DNA of 64,000 bases from Myxococcales bacterium. Its GTDB lineage: Bacteria; Myxococcota_A; Polyangia; Polyangiales; DASUME01. The position numbers and the translations under genes are program-made. The first letter of the stretch is position 1, and every line of letters begins with the position of its first letter. This document shows, one piece after another, positions 30,301-39,150 of the stretch. Under the pieces are notes generated by a model. The model saw only the letters and a program-made list of their open reading frames with translations, did no database searches and was not told where the DNA came from. The stretch covers positions 5,024,001-5,088,000 of the forward strand of contig JASGJH010000001.1 of NCBI GenBank assembly GCA_047601445.1. The letters are read 5' to 3'.

Positions 30301-32959
30301 CGGCGGAAGCGCAGCCCTCACGGCCCCCTGCGCCGGCGCTTCGTGCACCATCGACGACAACGGCTCGGCCACCTGGCTCGCCACACCCACCGGCAGCTAT
30401 CGCTTCGATCACTGGGACGGCGACGCGGGCTGCACCGGAACCAATCCCACGCTCAGCCTCGGCAACCTCACCGCGGCCACTACCTGCAAGGCCAACTTCA
30501 CCGCGCGCGTCACCGTGAGCTTCAACGCGGTCGCCAATGGCAGCGTGGCGGCCTCGAACACGCCAGCCAACGCCGTGTGCACCACCGGCAGCTGCGTGAT
30601 CGATCAGGGCGACGGCCTGCGACTCACGGCCACGCCCGCCGCCAACTACGTGTTCAAGAGCTGGAGCTGCTCCGCCAGCACCACCAGCCCGCTCGACCTC
30701 GGGCCGGTCAACACCAGCGTCACCTGCAGCGCCACCTTCGCGCTCATCCAGTACACGGTGGACTACTCGGCCACCGGCGGTGGCAGTGTCACCATGACTC
30801 CCGTGGTGGGCGCGTGCGGCGCCAATCCGGCCGCGGGCGCCTGCAAGCGCGACTACGGCAGCCAGCCTGTGCTCACCGCCAGCAACGCCGACGCCAGCTA
30901 TCGCTTCAACGGCTGGACCGCCGGGGCAGGCGGCACGTGCAGCGGCACCACCGGCGGCACCGGCGGACAGACGATGACGCTGAACGCGCTCAGCGGAGAC
31001 GTGAACTGCGTCGCGAACTACACGAAGCAGTGGACCATCGCCGCCAGCGTGCAAGCTGGTGCGCCCGCAGGCGCCAACGTCGCTGCAGCCTCGGCGGGCA
31101 ACTCGGCTCCCAAGGCCGTGTGCACGGCGGCCGCTGGCGCCTCCGCCAACTGCAAGGTCGATGGCGGACTGAGCGTGGCGCTGACTGCGAGCTCGGTGGC
31201 CAACTACGACATCTCCTCCTGGACCGGCGACGCGGGCTGCACGGGTGGCACCCTGAACGCGAACAAGACCAGCCTCTCCTTCACCAACGTGGGCGCGGAC
31301 CTCAACTGCCAGCCCGTATACACCGCGCGCATCACGATCACGCTGGCGAAGAAGCCGGCCACGGTCACCGACGAGGTGACCATCAGCGCGCCAGGCTGCG
31401 CCTCCAACAACACGAGCTGCACGGTGCCCCCGGGCACATCGGTCACCATCACGGCAGTGGAGAAGCTATATGGCTTCGTCAGCTGGACGGGCACCGAGTG
31501 CGCCTCCAAGAGCGCGACCAACCCCTTCACGGCCACGGTCACCCAGACCTGCACCGCGAACTTCCACGGCCTGTGGGCGGTGCGCCACGACATCTACACG
31601 GACGACTACTACGACGCGGTGTTCGCCCTCGACGCGAAGACGCTGCACAACGTGGGCTCGCTCGCCAACGCCGACCAGGCCTTCGCCCGTGATGCCGAGA
31701 TGGACGCCGAGACGGGAGCACTCCTGCGCATCGACCTCAAGAGCAACCAGCCCGCCGAACTCCGCAACGGCGGTCTGGCCGAGTTCGTGTGGCTCGACGG
31801 CGTGGCCAATGGCTCCGACTACATCCTGCTCGGACAGTACGCCTCGGGCGGCAACAACATGGCGCTCGATCGCAGCTTCCTCGCGAACGTCGGCGCCAAG
31901 CCCTGGCAGGTCTATCTGCCTGCGAACACCCCCTATCTCTTCGACCATCTGCGGGCCCTCAGCAGCGGCTCGGTATTGGCGAGCGGGTACCGCTCGTTCG
32001 ACGCGAACAAGGAAGGTCCGGGCGACACGGCCAGCGTGCTCAGCGTCTCCGCCGGTGGAATCCCCGATTTCCACATCGAAGTCTGCTTCCCGGAGACCGA
32101 CACCAGCAACTGCACGAAGCAGGTGCTCGCCAACTGCTACAGCACCCCGACGCGCGCCGTGGGCATCGTGCCCTCGAAGGCAGGCCTGGTGCTGGTAGCT
32201 CACGTCCAGCCCAACGCGGGTGCGGACTTCCTCTGGCTGATCCCGCTGACCACCAAGGGCGACCTGGATACGAACATCACGCCGCGCGCCTACAGTCTCC
32301 CCGGCACCATCAATCAGTTCACGGACGTCGCCGCCACGCCGAAGGTCACCGGCGCTGGCTTCGTGGTGGTTGGCAATCTGCCCAGGGTCAAGGGCGGGGA
32401 CATCCTCGTGTACAAGTTCGATGAGGATCTCAGCCTACGCTACGCGAACTACTACGACGACGGCCAGAGCGGCACCCAAGAGGCCACGGGAGTCACGGCG
32501 TCCTCGGACGGAACCAGCATCGTGATCGCGGGCAGCATCGATCGGCAGACTCCCGTCAACATCGACGGCCTGTTCTTCAAGCTTCGCAGCGATGGCTCCG
32601 CGGTGGGCGCCATTGCGCTCGGCATGAATGTCGACGCCGCGACGGGCGGCAGCAGCAACGAGGCGCTCAACGACATCCAGGTCGCCTCCGGCGGCGGCTA
32701 CTTCCTCACGGGCTCCCAGGATCCGGGCCAAGGCCGCGACGGTTGGGCGCTGCGCGTGCGCGAAAACGGAACTCTCACCTTCAACGCAGCCGAGGGCGCG
32801 GGCGGCCATACCGATAGCGTCACGCTCACGCCCACCGCCTTCGCGAGCGCAGACATGGGCAAGAAGTGCGTGTTCTGGCGCAGCATCGTGGACGACCCGG
32901 TCGCCGTCACGTTCTCGTCGACCCTGATGCCGCCGACGATCGCCAAGCAAGCTCCCTGA
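27371..32959 (+). CDS. Large surface lipoprotein with many divergent InlB-B / Flg_new-like repeats and a C-terminal beta-propeller-like domain
   Basis: Lipobox LAAC; ~80-aa repeats with YRFTGWSG..C and C.ANF motifs. Confidence 0.85.
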   Translation: MNVRYLLLCASLSLLAACSGTQDDEVTEIPCDDGHGCPNGYSCEENLCVASDASISNDQVQATGEAAGAPAVVEVETGGCKGPSCEIAAGSDVTFRAPELEGYRFTGWSGDERCMGTDFVLMLENVAANIHCVANYVKRVNIAGDTTLPGAAITAASQAGFAACAVQSCEVDQGSSVVITAGDVSGHRFAGFSGTGCDNVMGNMVSVVAGDSDVTCTANYVLIYSVFGNVQGAPGAVVASSDTPASACSDNGCQVDEGGSVTLSAPIMDGYRFTGWSGNADACTGSEPSVTVANVSAPILCTASFVARYGVVSGTTGLATALVLDASSEDAFADCAEGSCDVDQGSSVTVVAPVVAGYKFLGFEGDGCDDPADLSGTTLTLTNVGSDLDCLAAYEALPPGKVNVVGNMKVGVPGAVTASSPNASCSNGICVVDEGSSVTLVAPNLAPAWRFTGWSGPGCSGANLTLALSNVLTDTTCTANYTQRFDVTAAVAANGGGSVGITSAAPSTCAGTSCKVDNGGTATLTAAPSANFRFDKWDGGVGCNSTNATLNLPPISGNTTCTAHFVARVTVSFNAVANGSVAASNTPANAVCTTGSCVIDQGDGLRLTATPAANYVFKSWSCSASTTSPLDLGPVNTSVTCSATFALIQYSVSYSASNGGTLTPPGGCPASPGSCNQNINSQPQLTAGADTATARFTGWSGCSGTVNNRTITLDALKGNVSCTANFIKRWTVTASAGTGGSAALTAPCAGASCTIDDNGSATWLATPTGSYRFDHWDGDAGCTGTNPTLSLSNLTAATTCKANFTARVTVSFNAVANGSVAASNTPANAVCTTGSCVIDQGDGLRLTATPAANYVFKSWSCSASTTSPLDLGPVNTSVTCSATFALIQYSVSYSASNGGTLTPPGGCPASPGSCNQNINSQPQLTAGPDTATARFTGWSGCSGTVNNRTITLDALKGNVSCTANFIKRWTVTASAGTGGSAALTAPCAGASCTIDDNGSATWLATPTGSYRFDHWDGDAGCTGTNPTLSLGNLTAATTCKANFTARVTVSFNAVANGSVAASNTPANAVCTTGSCVIDQGDGLRLTATPAANYVFKSWSCSASTTSPLDLGPVNTSVTCSATFALIQYTVDYSATGGGSVTMTPVVGACGANPAAGACKRDYGSQPVLTASNADASYRFNGWTAGAGGTCSGTTGGTGGQTMTLNALSGDVNCVANYTKQWTIAASVQAGAPAGANVAAASAGNSAPKAVCTAAAGASANCKVDGGLSVALTASSVANYDISSWTGDAGCTGGTLNANKTSLSFTNVGADLNCQPVYTARITITLAKKPATVTDEVTISAPGCASNNTSCTVPPGTSVTITAVEKLYGFVSWTGTECASKSATNPFTATVTQTCTANFHGLWAVRHDIYTDDYYDAVFALDAKTLHNVGSLANADQAFARDAEMDAETGALLRIDLKSNQPAELRNGGLAEFVWLDGVANGSDYILLGQYASGGNNMALDRSFLANVGAKPWQVYLPANTPYLFDHLRALSSGSVLASGYRSFDANKEGPGDTASVLSVSAGGIPDFHIEVCFPETDTSNCTKQVLANCYSTPTRAVGIVPSKAGLVLVAHVQPNAGADFLWLIPLTTKGDLDTNITPRAYSLPGTINQFTDVAATPKVTGAGFVVVGNLPRVKGGDILVYKFDEDLSLRYANYYDDGQSGTQEATGVTASSDGTSIVIAGSIDRQTPVNIDGLFFKLRSDGSAVGAIALGMNVDAATGGSSNEALNDIQVASGGGYFLTGSQDPGQGRDGWALRVRENGTLTFNAAEGAGGHTDSVTLTPTAFASADMGKKCVFWRSIVDDPVAVTFSSTLMPPTIAKQAP
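29069..30755 (+). repeat. Near-identical 717-bp intragenic tandem repeat (~2.35 copies)
   Basis: Units start at 29069, 29786 and 30503 (GCGCGCGTCACCGTGAGCTTCAACGC); only scattered substitutions. Confidence 0.92.
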
Positions 32960-33014
32960 CGACACCGCGCAGCAGCGGCGGTCGTACGGGTGTCGAGCCG
33001 GGTCGTGCGTGGGC

Positions 33015-34448
33015 TCAGGCGCTCAACATGGCCTGGATGCGGCCCTTCTCGAGCGCCGCATCGCCGAAGTCGTCGAGCGGTCCGCCCGCGGCGTTCTTGA
33101 GCCCCACGGCTGCGCCGATGGTGTTCAGGAACTTGTTGTGGGTCAGGAACTTGTTCTTGCTGACGTCCGCGGCATCCACGTAGGCGCCGTTCTTGAGCTG
33201 CCCGCCACAGCTGCCCGCGCACACGTAGGGCATGTTGCTGGTGGAGTGCGGCGGACCGTTCGAGAGATCGTTGAGCCACACGGCCACGCCGTCGTCGAGC
33301 AGGTTGCCCGAGGGCGTGGTGTGACTGGCGAGCGCGTCGAGCAAATCCCGGAAGATGCCGGCAAAGAGCTTGTCGATCATGTGGTGCTTCACGTCGGCGT
33401 TCGCGATGGGTGTGCCGTCGGAGCCGTCGGAGTTGATGCGGTGGGAGATGTGGTGGAAGCGCTCGAGCTTGGTCCCGTCCACGGTGTACTGGGTCTGGTC
33501 GTTGCCGTTGCCGATCTGCAGGGTGGCTGCCGGCGTCTTCCCGCACAACACAGCCAGGGCGATCACCTGAGCCTGGAACTTGGCCGCCGTGAGCACGTCG
33601 GTGTCGCTCTCGGCCTGCTTGGTGGTGAACGCGGAAATGGGGCTCAGCAGCTCCGGCGCCAGGGAGCACTGCATGCCCACCTCGAGATCACGGATCGCCT
33701 GGCTGTGTGCCTCGAGCCGGTGACGGTCGTCGCTGGAGAGCCGCTGATTGCCGAGTAAGGTGGTCATCTCGGCGCGGACCAGGTCGTTCACGCTCTTGCG
33801 GCGCGTGGCGGTGCGCGCCTGCTCGGCCGCGTTCTGATCGGGCAGGCCGAACAGGGCCTTGTAGGCGTTGTAGGGGTTGCTCTCGGCCACGCGGCGGTCG
33901 CCGGCGGCACGATAGGAGAGCACGTCGTCCAAATAGCTGCTGCGCGGGCCGGCCCGCAGCGTGAGCGGCTCCACGCCAGCGCCGCCGAGCTCGCGCGCGA
34001 GACGGTTGTCGATGGACTCGCCCATCGCGAGCGCCTTCTCGACGTTCTTGCCGTCCGTACGCGACGCCGTGAGGCACAACAGACCACCCTGTGAATGGCC
34101 ACAGCCTGCGTCCGCGAGCTGCTTCATCTCCACGCCCCGCACGAGCAGGAGCCGCGACGCGTAGGCGCTCAGCACGTTCACGGCTTGGTCACCGTCGGCC
34201 TGCATACCCGCGGTGGTGAGCGCACCGAGCTTGGTGGGCCAGAAGCGATCGGGTTCGGTATCGAGCCCCTGCTGACAGCCATTGCCCTGGCGCACGAACA
34301 CCGCGAAGCGATGCACCATGTCCTCGGGCTTGGCGCGCTTGGGCAGGAAGGTCTCGAGCAGCGGCAGGCTCACGGCCGCGCCGGCCGCGCCGCGCAGCAA
34401 CAGACGCCGGCCAAAGCGGAAAACTCCGCGGGGATGTTCCTTAGACAT
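33015..34448 (-). CDS. DUF1552-family protein (Tat-like signal)
   Basis: RRLLLRGAAGAAVSLPLLE, SIDNRLA, RKSVND, D..RLEAH...IRDLE, FHHISH, GNLLDD. Confidence 0.85.
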   Translation of the reverse strand: MSKEHPRGVFRFGRRLLLRGAAGAAVSLPLLETFLPKRAKPEDMVHRFAVFVRQGNGCQQGLDTEPDRFWPTKLGALTTAGMQADGDQAVNVLSAYASRLLLVRGVEMKQLADAGCGHSQGGLLCLTASRTDGKNVEKALAMGESIDNRLARELGGAGVEPLTLRAGPRSSYLDDVLSYRAAGDRRVAESNPYNAYKALFGLPDQNAAEQARTATRRKSVNDLVRAEMTTLLGNQRLSSDDRHRLEAHSQAIRDLEVGMQCSLAPELLSPISAFTTKQAESDTDVLTAAKFQAQVIALAVLCGKTPAATLQIGNGNDQTQYTVDGTKLERFHHISHRINSDGSDGTPIANADVKHHMIDKLFAGIFRDLLDALASHTTPSGNLLDDGVAVWLNDLSNGPPHSTSNMPYVCAGSCGGQLKNGAYVDAADVSKNKFLTHNKFLNTIGAAVGLKNAAGGPLDDFGDAALEKGRIQAMLSA

Positions 34449-34496
34449 GGAGCACCTTGAGGGTTTGGGTTCGCGGGAAGGACACGCGCTCGGCCG

Positions 34497-36257
34497 TCAC
34501 TCGACCACCCGTGTGCGGAAAGTATCGAGCTTCACCAGGGCGATCAGGAGGTCCTGCGCCGAATCCTGGTCCAACGAGACGCCCCGCAGCAGCTCCCACG
34601 CACCGCGCTCCACACCGGTGGGCTCGCGGTTGAGCATGTACTGCATCCAGTTGCGCGCGTAGCACTCGTGCACGCGCGACTCCGAGGCGAGCTTGTTCAG
34701 CATGTCCACCGGCCCATCGAACTTGAGCGTGGTGGAGGGATTCTTGCCCTTGGCCTCCGAGGTGTAGCCGCTGCGGATCGACAAGCTGCCCGTCGTGTCC
34801 ACGGGCTTGCCCTGGTCCGTGTCGCGCACGCGGCCCAGTGTGTCGAAGCCCTCGAACGCAAAGCCCGGCGGGTTGATCAGCGTGGTATGGCAGGTGGTGC
34901 CGCAGGCGGTCGCCTTCTCGTACACCTGACGCGTGGTGAGTCCCGGCTCGGCGTCGGGTAGGGAAAACATCATGGGAGGTGGATCGGGCTCGTCGCACAG
35001 CACCTTGCGCAGCACGGTAAGCCCGCGGTGCACCGGGTCCGTCAAGCTGCGCGTGGCGTTCTGCGAGAGGAAGCCCACCTGTGTGAGGAAGCCCGCGCGC
35101 ACCGCTGCATCGAGCTCCTTGCGCACCAGGGCTTGGCCCGACACGCCGCTCACGCCGTAGAGCGGCGCAGTGGTCTCGTTGACGAACGCCACCGGCTCCG
35201 TGAGGAGCTGCCCGATGCCGCCCTTCTCGTTGATCACGACGTCCTCGAAGAACATCCGCGCTTCGTCGCGCAGCACCGGCGCCAGCGCCGCCGCATTGAA
35301 GTTCAGGCTCGGGTCCTTGTCCTGGGTGCCGTAGCGATCCACCAGGTAGGTCTGCTCGTGGAAGCTCAACAGAGCCTCCTTGGCGCGCGGATCCGCGAGC
35401 AGCTGCTGGGCCCACTTGGCCACGCCGTCGGCGCTGTCGAGCTCCCCCTTGCGCGCGGCTTCGAGCAGGGCGGTCGATGGGGTAGTGTCGAGGAAGCCAT
35501 AGGAAAGCCGGGTGGCGATCTCGTAGCCGGAGAGCGGCGCCTTGCGGTCCGGGAAGTTCCCGCTCAAGCCGGCAGCCTCCACGCGATAGAGGAAATGGGG
35601 CGACTGCAGGATCGCCTCGATGACCACGCGCGCGCCCGCCTTGTAGGCGTCGCCGCCCACGAGATCGGGGCCCTTGTCGAACAGCCCGCCATAGGTGGTT
35701 TGCTCGGCATCGGTCAAGGGCCTGCGAAACGCGCGCAGGCCCAGGCTCGTGATCAGCGCCTTCTTGCGCGCAGGCAGGTCGCTCGCGGTGCCCGCGGGCA
35801 GGAGCTTGGCCAGCTGTTGGTCGTTGGCCGTGACGGCCGCGGCCACGCTCTCGGCGGCGGTTTGGTAACGCGTCCAGGCATCCCCCGCCAAGGTGAGCTC
35901 GGCAGCCGCCTGATTGCGATAGCCCTGATCGCCGGGCTCCTGCGTGAACCCTTGCGAGTAGCTGGTGTCACCCGCGAAGGAGAAGATGTCGCGGACGCTG
36001 TTCTCCCACTGCGCATTGGAGAGCTTGGCAAAGCGCGTGGACCAGCCCACACCGTTGGGCGTCGAGGGATCGCCAGCGCCAGCGGGGTCGTTGGGGTCCT
36101 GATCGTCGTCACCGATCACGGAGCCATGGCCGTCACCGGGCGCGCATGTCGGGCATTCCGAACTGCCTGCGGGCGCGTCGAGACTGCCCACGCAGCCCGT
36201 GGTCACCGCACTCAAGGCAGAGATCAATACGCCGATGCGCGCTCCCGTGTGCGCCAT
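34497..36257 (-). CDS. DUF1592/DUF1595/DUF1588 (PSD/PSCyt) lipoprotein
   Basis: LSNAQWENSVRD, RAFRRPL, LQSPHFLYRVE, EIATRLSY, PVHRG, CGTTCH, GFAFEGFD..GR.R. Confidence 0.85.
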   Translation of the reverse strand: MAHTGARIGVLISALSAVTTGCVGSLDAPAGSSECPTCAPGDGHGSVIGDDDQDPNDPAGAGDPSTPNGVGWSTRFAKLSNAQWENSVRDIFSFAGDTSYSQGFTQEPGDQGYRNQAAAELTLAGDAWTRYQTAAESVAAAVTANDQQLAKLLPAGTASDLPARKKALITSLGLRAFRRPLTDAEQTTYGGLFDKGPDLVGGDAYKAGARVVIEAILQSPHFLYRVEAAGLSGNFPDRKAPLSGYEIATRLSYGFLDTTPSTALLEAARKGELDSADGVAKWAQQLLADPRAKEALLSFHEQTYLVDRYGTQDKDPSLNFNAAALAPVLRDEARMFFEDVVINEKGGIGQLLTEPVAFVNETTAPLYGVSGVSGQALVRKELDAAVRAGFLTQVGFLSQNATRSLTDPVHRGLTVLRKVLCDEPDPPPMMFSLPDAEPGLTTRQVYEKATACGTTCHTTLINPPGFAFEGFDTLGRVRDTDQGKPVDTTGSLSIRSGYTSEAKGKNPSTTLKFDGPVDMLNKLASESRVHECYARNWMQYMLNREPTGVERGAWELLRGVSLDQDSAQDLLIALVKLDTFRTRVVE

Positions 36258-36446
36258 CCAAAACCTCCTGCGCGTTGTCCGAGCGGGCTACGTGCGCATA
36301 GGAGGAGGGTCGGGTCAACCTCGAGAACCGTGGGTTGAACGAACCTACAATGGACCGAAAGGAGCGAGTTTTTACCGCTATTTCTCGATTCTTTTCACTC
36401 TCAGGGCAAAGTTTTTCTCTGAGCGTTCATCAGGCGTTCAAATGTA

Positions 36447-37688
36447 TCAGTCATGCCGCGCGAACAAAATCGACGCATTGGTGCCGCCGAAGCCGAAGGA
36501 GTTCGAGAGAACGTAGTTCAGCGTACGTTGGCGTGCCTCGTGTGGAACCAGGTCGAAACCAGCGGCCTCGGGCTCAGGATGCTCGAGATTGATGGTGGGA
36601 GGCACCACGCGCTCGGCAAGCGCGAGCGCACAGATCACGGCCTCGAGGCCGCCCGCGGCGCCGAGTAAATGTCCGGTCATGCTCTTGGTGCTCGAGACCC
36701 ATAGTCCGCGCTGGATGTGGTCCCCGAACACGCGACGTAAAGCGGCCAGCTCCAACATATCGCCCGCTGGCGTGGAGGTCCCGTGGGCGTTCACGTAGTC
36801 GACCTGCTCCGGATTGAGGCGCGCGTCGCGCAAGGCCGCTCGGATGGCCCGCTGGGCCCCCTCCCCCTCCGGCGCGGGCGTGGTGAGGTGATAGGCGTCG
36901 GAGCTCGCCCCGTAGCCCACCACTTCGGCGTAGATCTTGGCCTCTCGCGCGAGCGCCTGGTCGCGATCCTCGAGGAGCAACAGGCCCGCCCCTTCTGCAA
37001 TCACGAAGCCATCGCGATCCACGTCCCAAGGGCGGCTCGCGCGGGTGGGCTCCGCATTGCGGCGACTCAAGGCGCGCATGGCCGCGAAGCCACCCACACC
37101 GAGCGGGGTGATCACGGCCTCGGCGCCGCCGGCCAGGCACGCCGTGAGCTCGCCCCGCGCGATGGCTCGAAACGCTTCGCCCACCGCATGCGCCCCCGAG
37201 GCACAGGCGCTGGTGGTCGCATAGCTCTCGCCCTTGAGTCCGTGCTTGATGGAGACCTGGCCCGCTGCCAGGTTCGAGATGGTGGCCGGGATGAAGTAGG
37301 GGCTGATCTTGCTCGGTCCCTTCTCGACCAACACCCGCGCGGTGTTCTCGATAGTCTGCAGGCCTCCCATGCCCACGCCGATCAACGTTCCCAGGTTCTC
37401 CTTGAGCGGGTGCTCCCCCACGATGCGCGCGCTGGCCAGTGCTTCATCGGCCGCTCCCATCGCGAGGTGGATGAACCGGTCCATCGTCCGCACCTCCTTG
37501 CGCGGTACGTGACGCTCGACCTCGAAGCCCCAACACTCGCCCGCGAACTGCACGGCGTGTTGCGAGCTGTCGAACAACGTGATCCGACCGATGCCGCTGC
37601 GAGCCGCCTTGAGAGAGGCCCAGGTAGTGGGCACGTCGAGCCCGCAGGGACTCACCGCGCCCAACCCGGTGACGACCACACGCTTCAC
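36447..37688 (-). CDS. fabF: Beta-ketoacyl-ACP synthase II
   Basis: RVVVTGLG, SACASG, NAHGTST, KSMTGHLLGAAG, SFGFGGTN. Confidence 0.95.
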   Translation of the reverse strand: MKRVVVTGLGAVSPCGLDVPTTWASLKAARSGIGRITLFDSSQHAVQFAGECWGFEVERHVPRKEVRTMDRFIHLAMGAADEALASARIVGEHPLKENLGTLIGVGMGGLQTIENTARVLVEKGPSKISPYFIPATISNLAAGQVSIKHGLKGESYATTSACASGAHAVGEAFRAIARGELTACLAGGAEAVITPLGVGGFAAMRALSRRNAEPTRASRPWDVDRDGFVIAEGAGLLLLEDRDQALAREAKIYAEVVGYGASSDAYHLTTPAPEGEGAQRAIRAALRDARLNPEQVDYVNAHGTSTPAGDMLELAALRRVFGDHIQRGLWVSSTKSMTGHLLGAAGGLEAVICALALAERVVPPTINLEHPEPEAAGFDLVPHEARQRTLNYVLSNSFGFGGTNASILFARHD

Positions 37689-37924
37689 GCTACGGCCTTC
37701 AATGCCTTGATGTAAGCGACCACGTCTCCCACGGTACGGATGCGCTCGGCCTCCTGCTCAGGGATGTCGATCTTGAAATGGTCCTCGATGGCCAGCACCA
37801 ACTCCACGATCGCCAGCGAGTCTGCACCCAGGTCATCCACGAACGCCGAATGCTCCTGTACCTCGCCGAGCTCGACGCCCAACTGACGCGACACGATCTG
37901 CATAATGTCTTGTGCGATCTCCAT
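37685..37924 (-). CDS. acpP: Acyl carrier protein
   Basis: DDLGADSL phosphopantetheine site; GGAGG SD. Confidence 0.92.
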   Translation of the reverse strand: MEIAQDIMQIVSRQLGVELGEVQEHSAFVDDLGADSLAIVELVLAIEDHFKIDIPEQEAERIRTVGDVVAYIKALKAVA

Positions 37925-37972
37925 GTGCCCCTCCCTTTTTATGGTCTACCGGTTTGCACCGGAAGCTCGCGC

Positions 37973-39046
37973 TCACAACCTGAGCAGCGCGGCTCCCCAG
38001 TTGAGCCCTGCACCGAGCGCCAGGAAACACAGCAGCTGGCCCCGGCGCACGCGTCCGTCGCGCAGCAGCTCGTCGAGCAAGATGGGAATCGTGGCACTCG
38101 ACGTGTTGCCGTAGCGAGCGATGTTCGAGGGGATCTTGTCGGGCGGCACGCCGAGCGCCTCACGCACCGCCTGGTTGATGCGATCGTTGGCCTGATGAGC
38201 GATGAACCAATCCACGGACTCGAGCGAGACCGCGTGCGCTGCGAGCAGCTCGCGCACCACCTCGGGCAAGCGCTGCACCGCGCTGCGGAACAATTCGCGG
38301 CCGTTCATCTGCGGGATGTGCTCGCCTCGCTCCAGCATGTCGGCGCTCATGTATGGTCGGCGCCGAAAGCCGCCGGCCGAGACGCGCAGTGCGTCGTGGG
38401 CCCGACCGTCGCTGTGCACGCGCACCCCCAGTAGGCCTGCGCCCACCACGCGCGAGGCGCCGAGCACCAACGCTCCCGCTCCGTCGCCGAACAACACCGA
38501 CACGCCACGATGTTCGGTGGCCATCGCGTAGGCGCGCTCGTCGGCCTTGCGCGGGGCTTGTCCAGGCTCGGGCTCCTGTTCGAGCAAGCTCCAGTCGCGC
38601 CACGGCATGAACCCCGCGTGCGCCTCCGCACCCACCACCAACACGTGCCTGGCGGCCTCGGCGCGCAGCAGCGCGTCCGCGACTTGCAAGCTGTACGGGA
38701 TGGCGGCGCACTGCTGGCGCAGGTCGAGTGCCGGCACGCCTGGAATCCCGAGCTTGGCTCCCAACAAGGTACCCGACCCCGGCAACACGTAGTCCGGGGT
38801 CATGGTGTTGAACAAGATGTAGTCGATGTCCGAGGGTTCGAGCTCGGCGCTCTCGATGGCTGCCCGCGCCGCGGGTAGCGCGAGGTCGCTGGCGCCCACA
38901 CCGTCGGGCGCGAAGTGCCGCGCCGCGATGCCGCTGCGCTTCAGGATCCACTCGCCGCTGGTTTCCATCACGCGACCGAGCGCGTCGCTCGACACGGGAT
39001 TTCCCGGCAGAAAGCGGCCGGTGCCGAGGATGGTCGTGCCGGACAT
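37973..39046 (-). CDS. fabH: Beta-ketoacyl-ACP synthase III family protein
   Basis: Catalytic QQCA, HQAN and GNTSSA; FGDGAGA. Confidence 0.85.
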   Translation of the reverse strand: MSGTTILGTGRFLPGNPVSSDALGRVMETSGEWILKRSGIAARHFAPDGVGASDLALPAARAAIESAELEPSDIDYILFNTMTPDYVLPGSGTLLGAKLGIPGVPALDLRQQCAAIPYSLQVADALLRAEAARHVLVVGAEAHAGFMPWRDWSLLEQEPEPGQAPRKADERAYAMATEHRGVSVLFGDGAGALVLGASRVVGAGLLGVRVHSDGRAHDALRVSAGGFRRRPYMSADMLERGEHIPQMNGRELFRSAVQRLPEVVRELLAAHAVSLESVDWFIAHQANDRINQAVREALGVPPDKIPSNIARYGNTSSATIPILLDELLRDGRVRRGQLLCFLALGAGLNWGAALLRL

Positions 39047-39089
39047 GCCCGTGTTTTATTCGCTTCGTCCCGGCTTGCCCGTCCCCACG

Positions 39090-39120
39090 GCGCCAAACGT
39101 CGTGCACGGCGCGCCAGTCG
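39090..39120. promoter_or_regulatory. Putative AraC-type operator (GCGCCA direct repeats 21 bp apart)
   Basis: GCGCCAAACGTCG-N8-GCGCCAGT, 44 bp upstream of fabH; same pattern at 58347. Confidence 0.55.
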
Positions 39121-39150
39121 CCAGCGGCGTCTTTTTCGGAGCCTGTGAGC

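Noticed and set aside
28256..31692. Long alternative-frame ORFs (932 aa minus, 992 aa plus) and many similar overlapping ORFs across the window
   Set aside because: These are shadow ORFs produced by high GC3 codon bias of the real genes; they are Arg/His/Ala-rich with no motifs.
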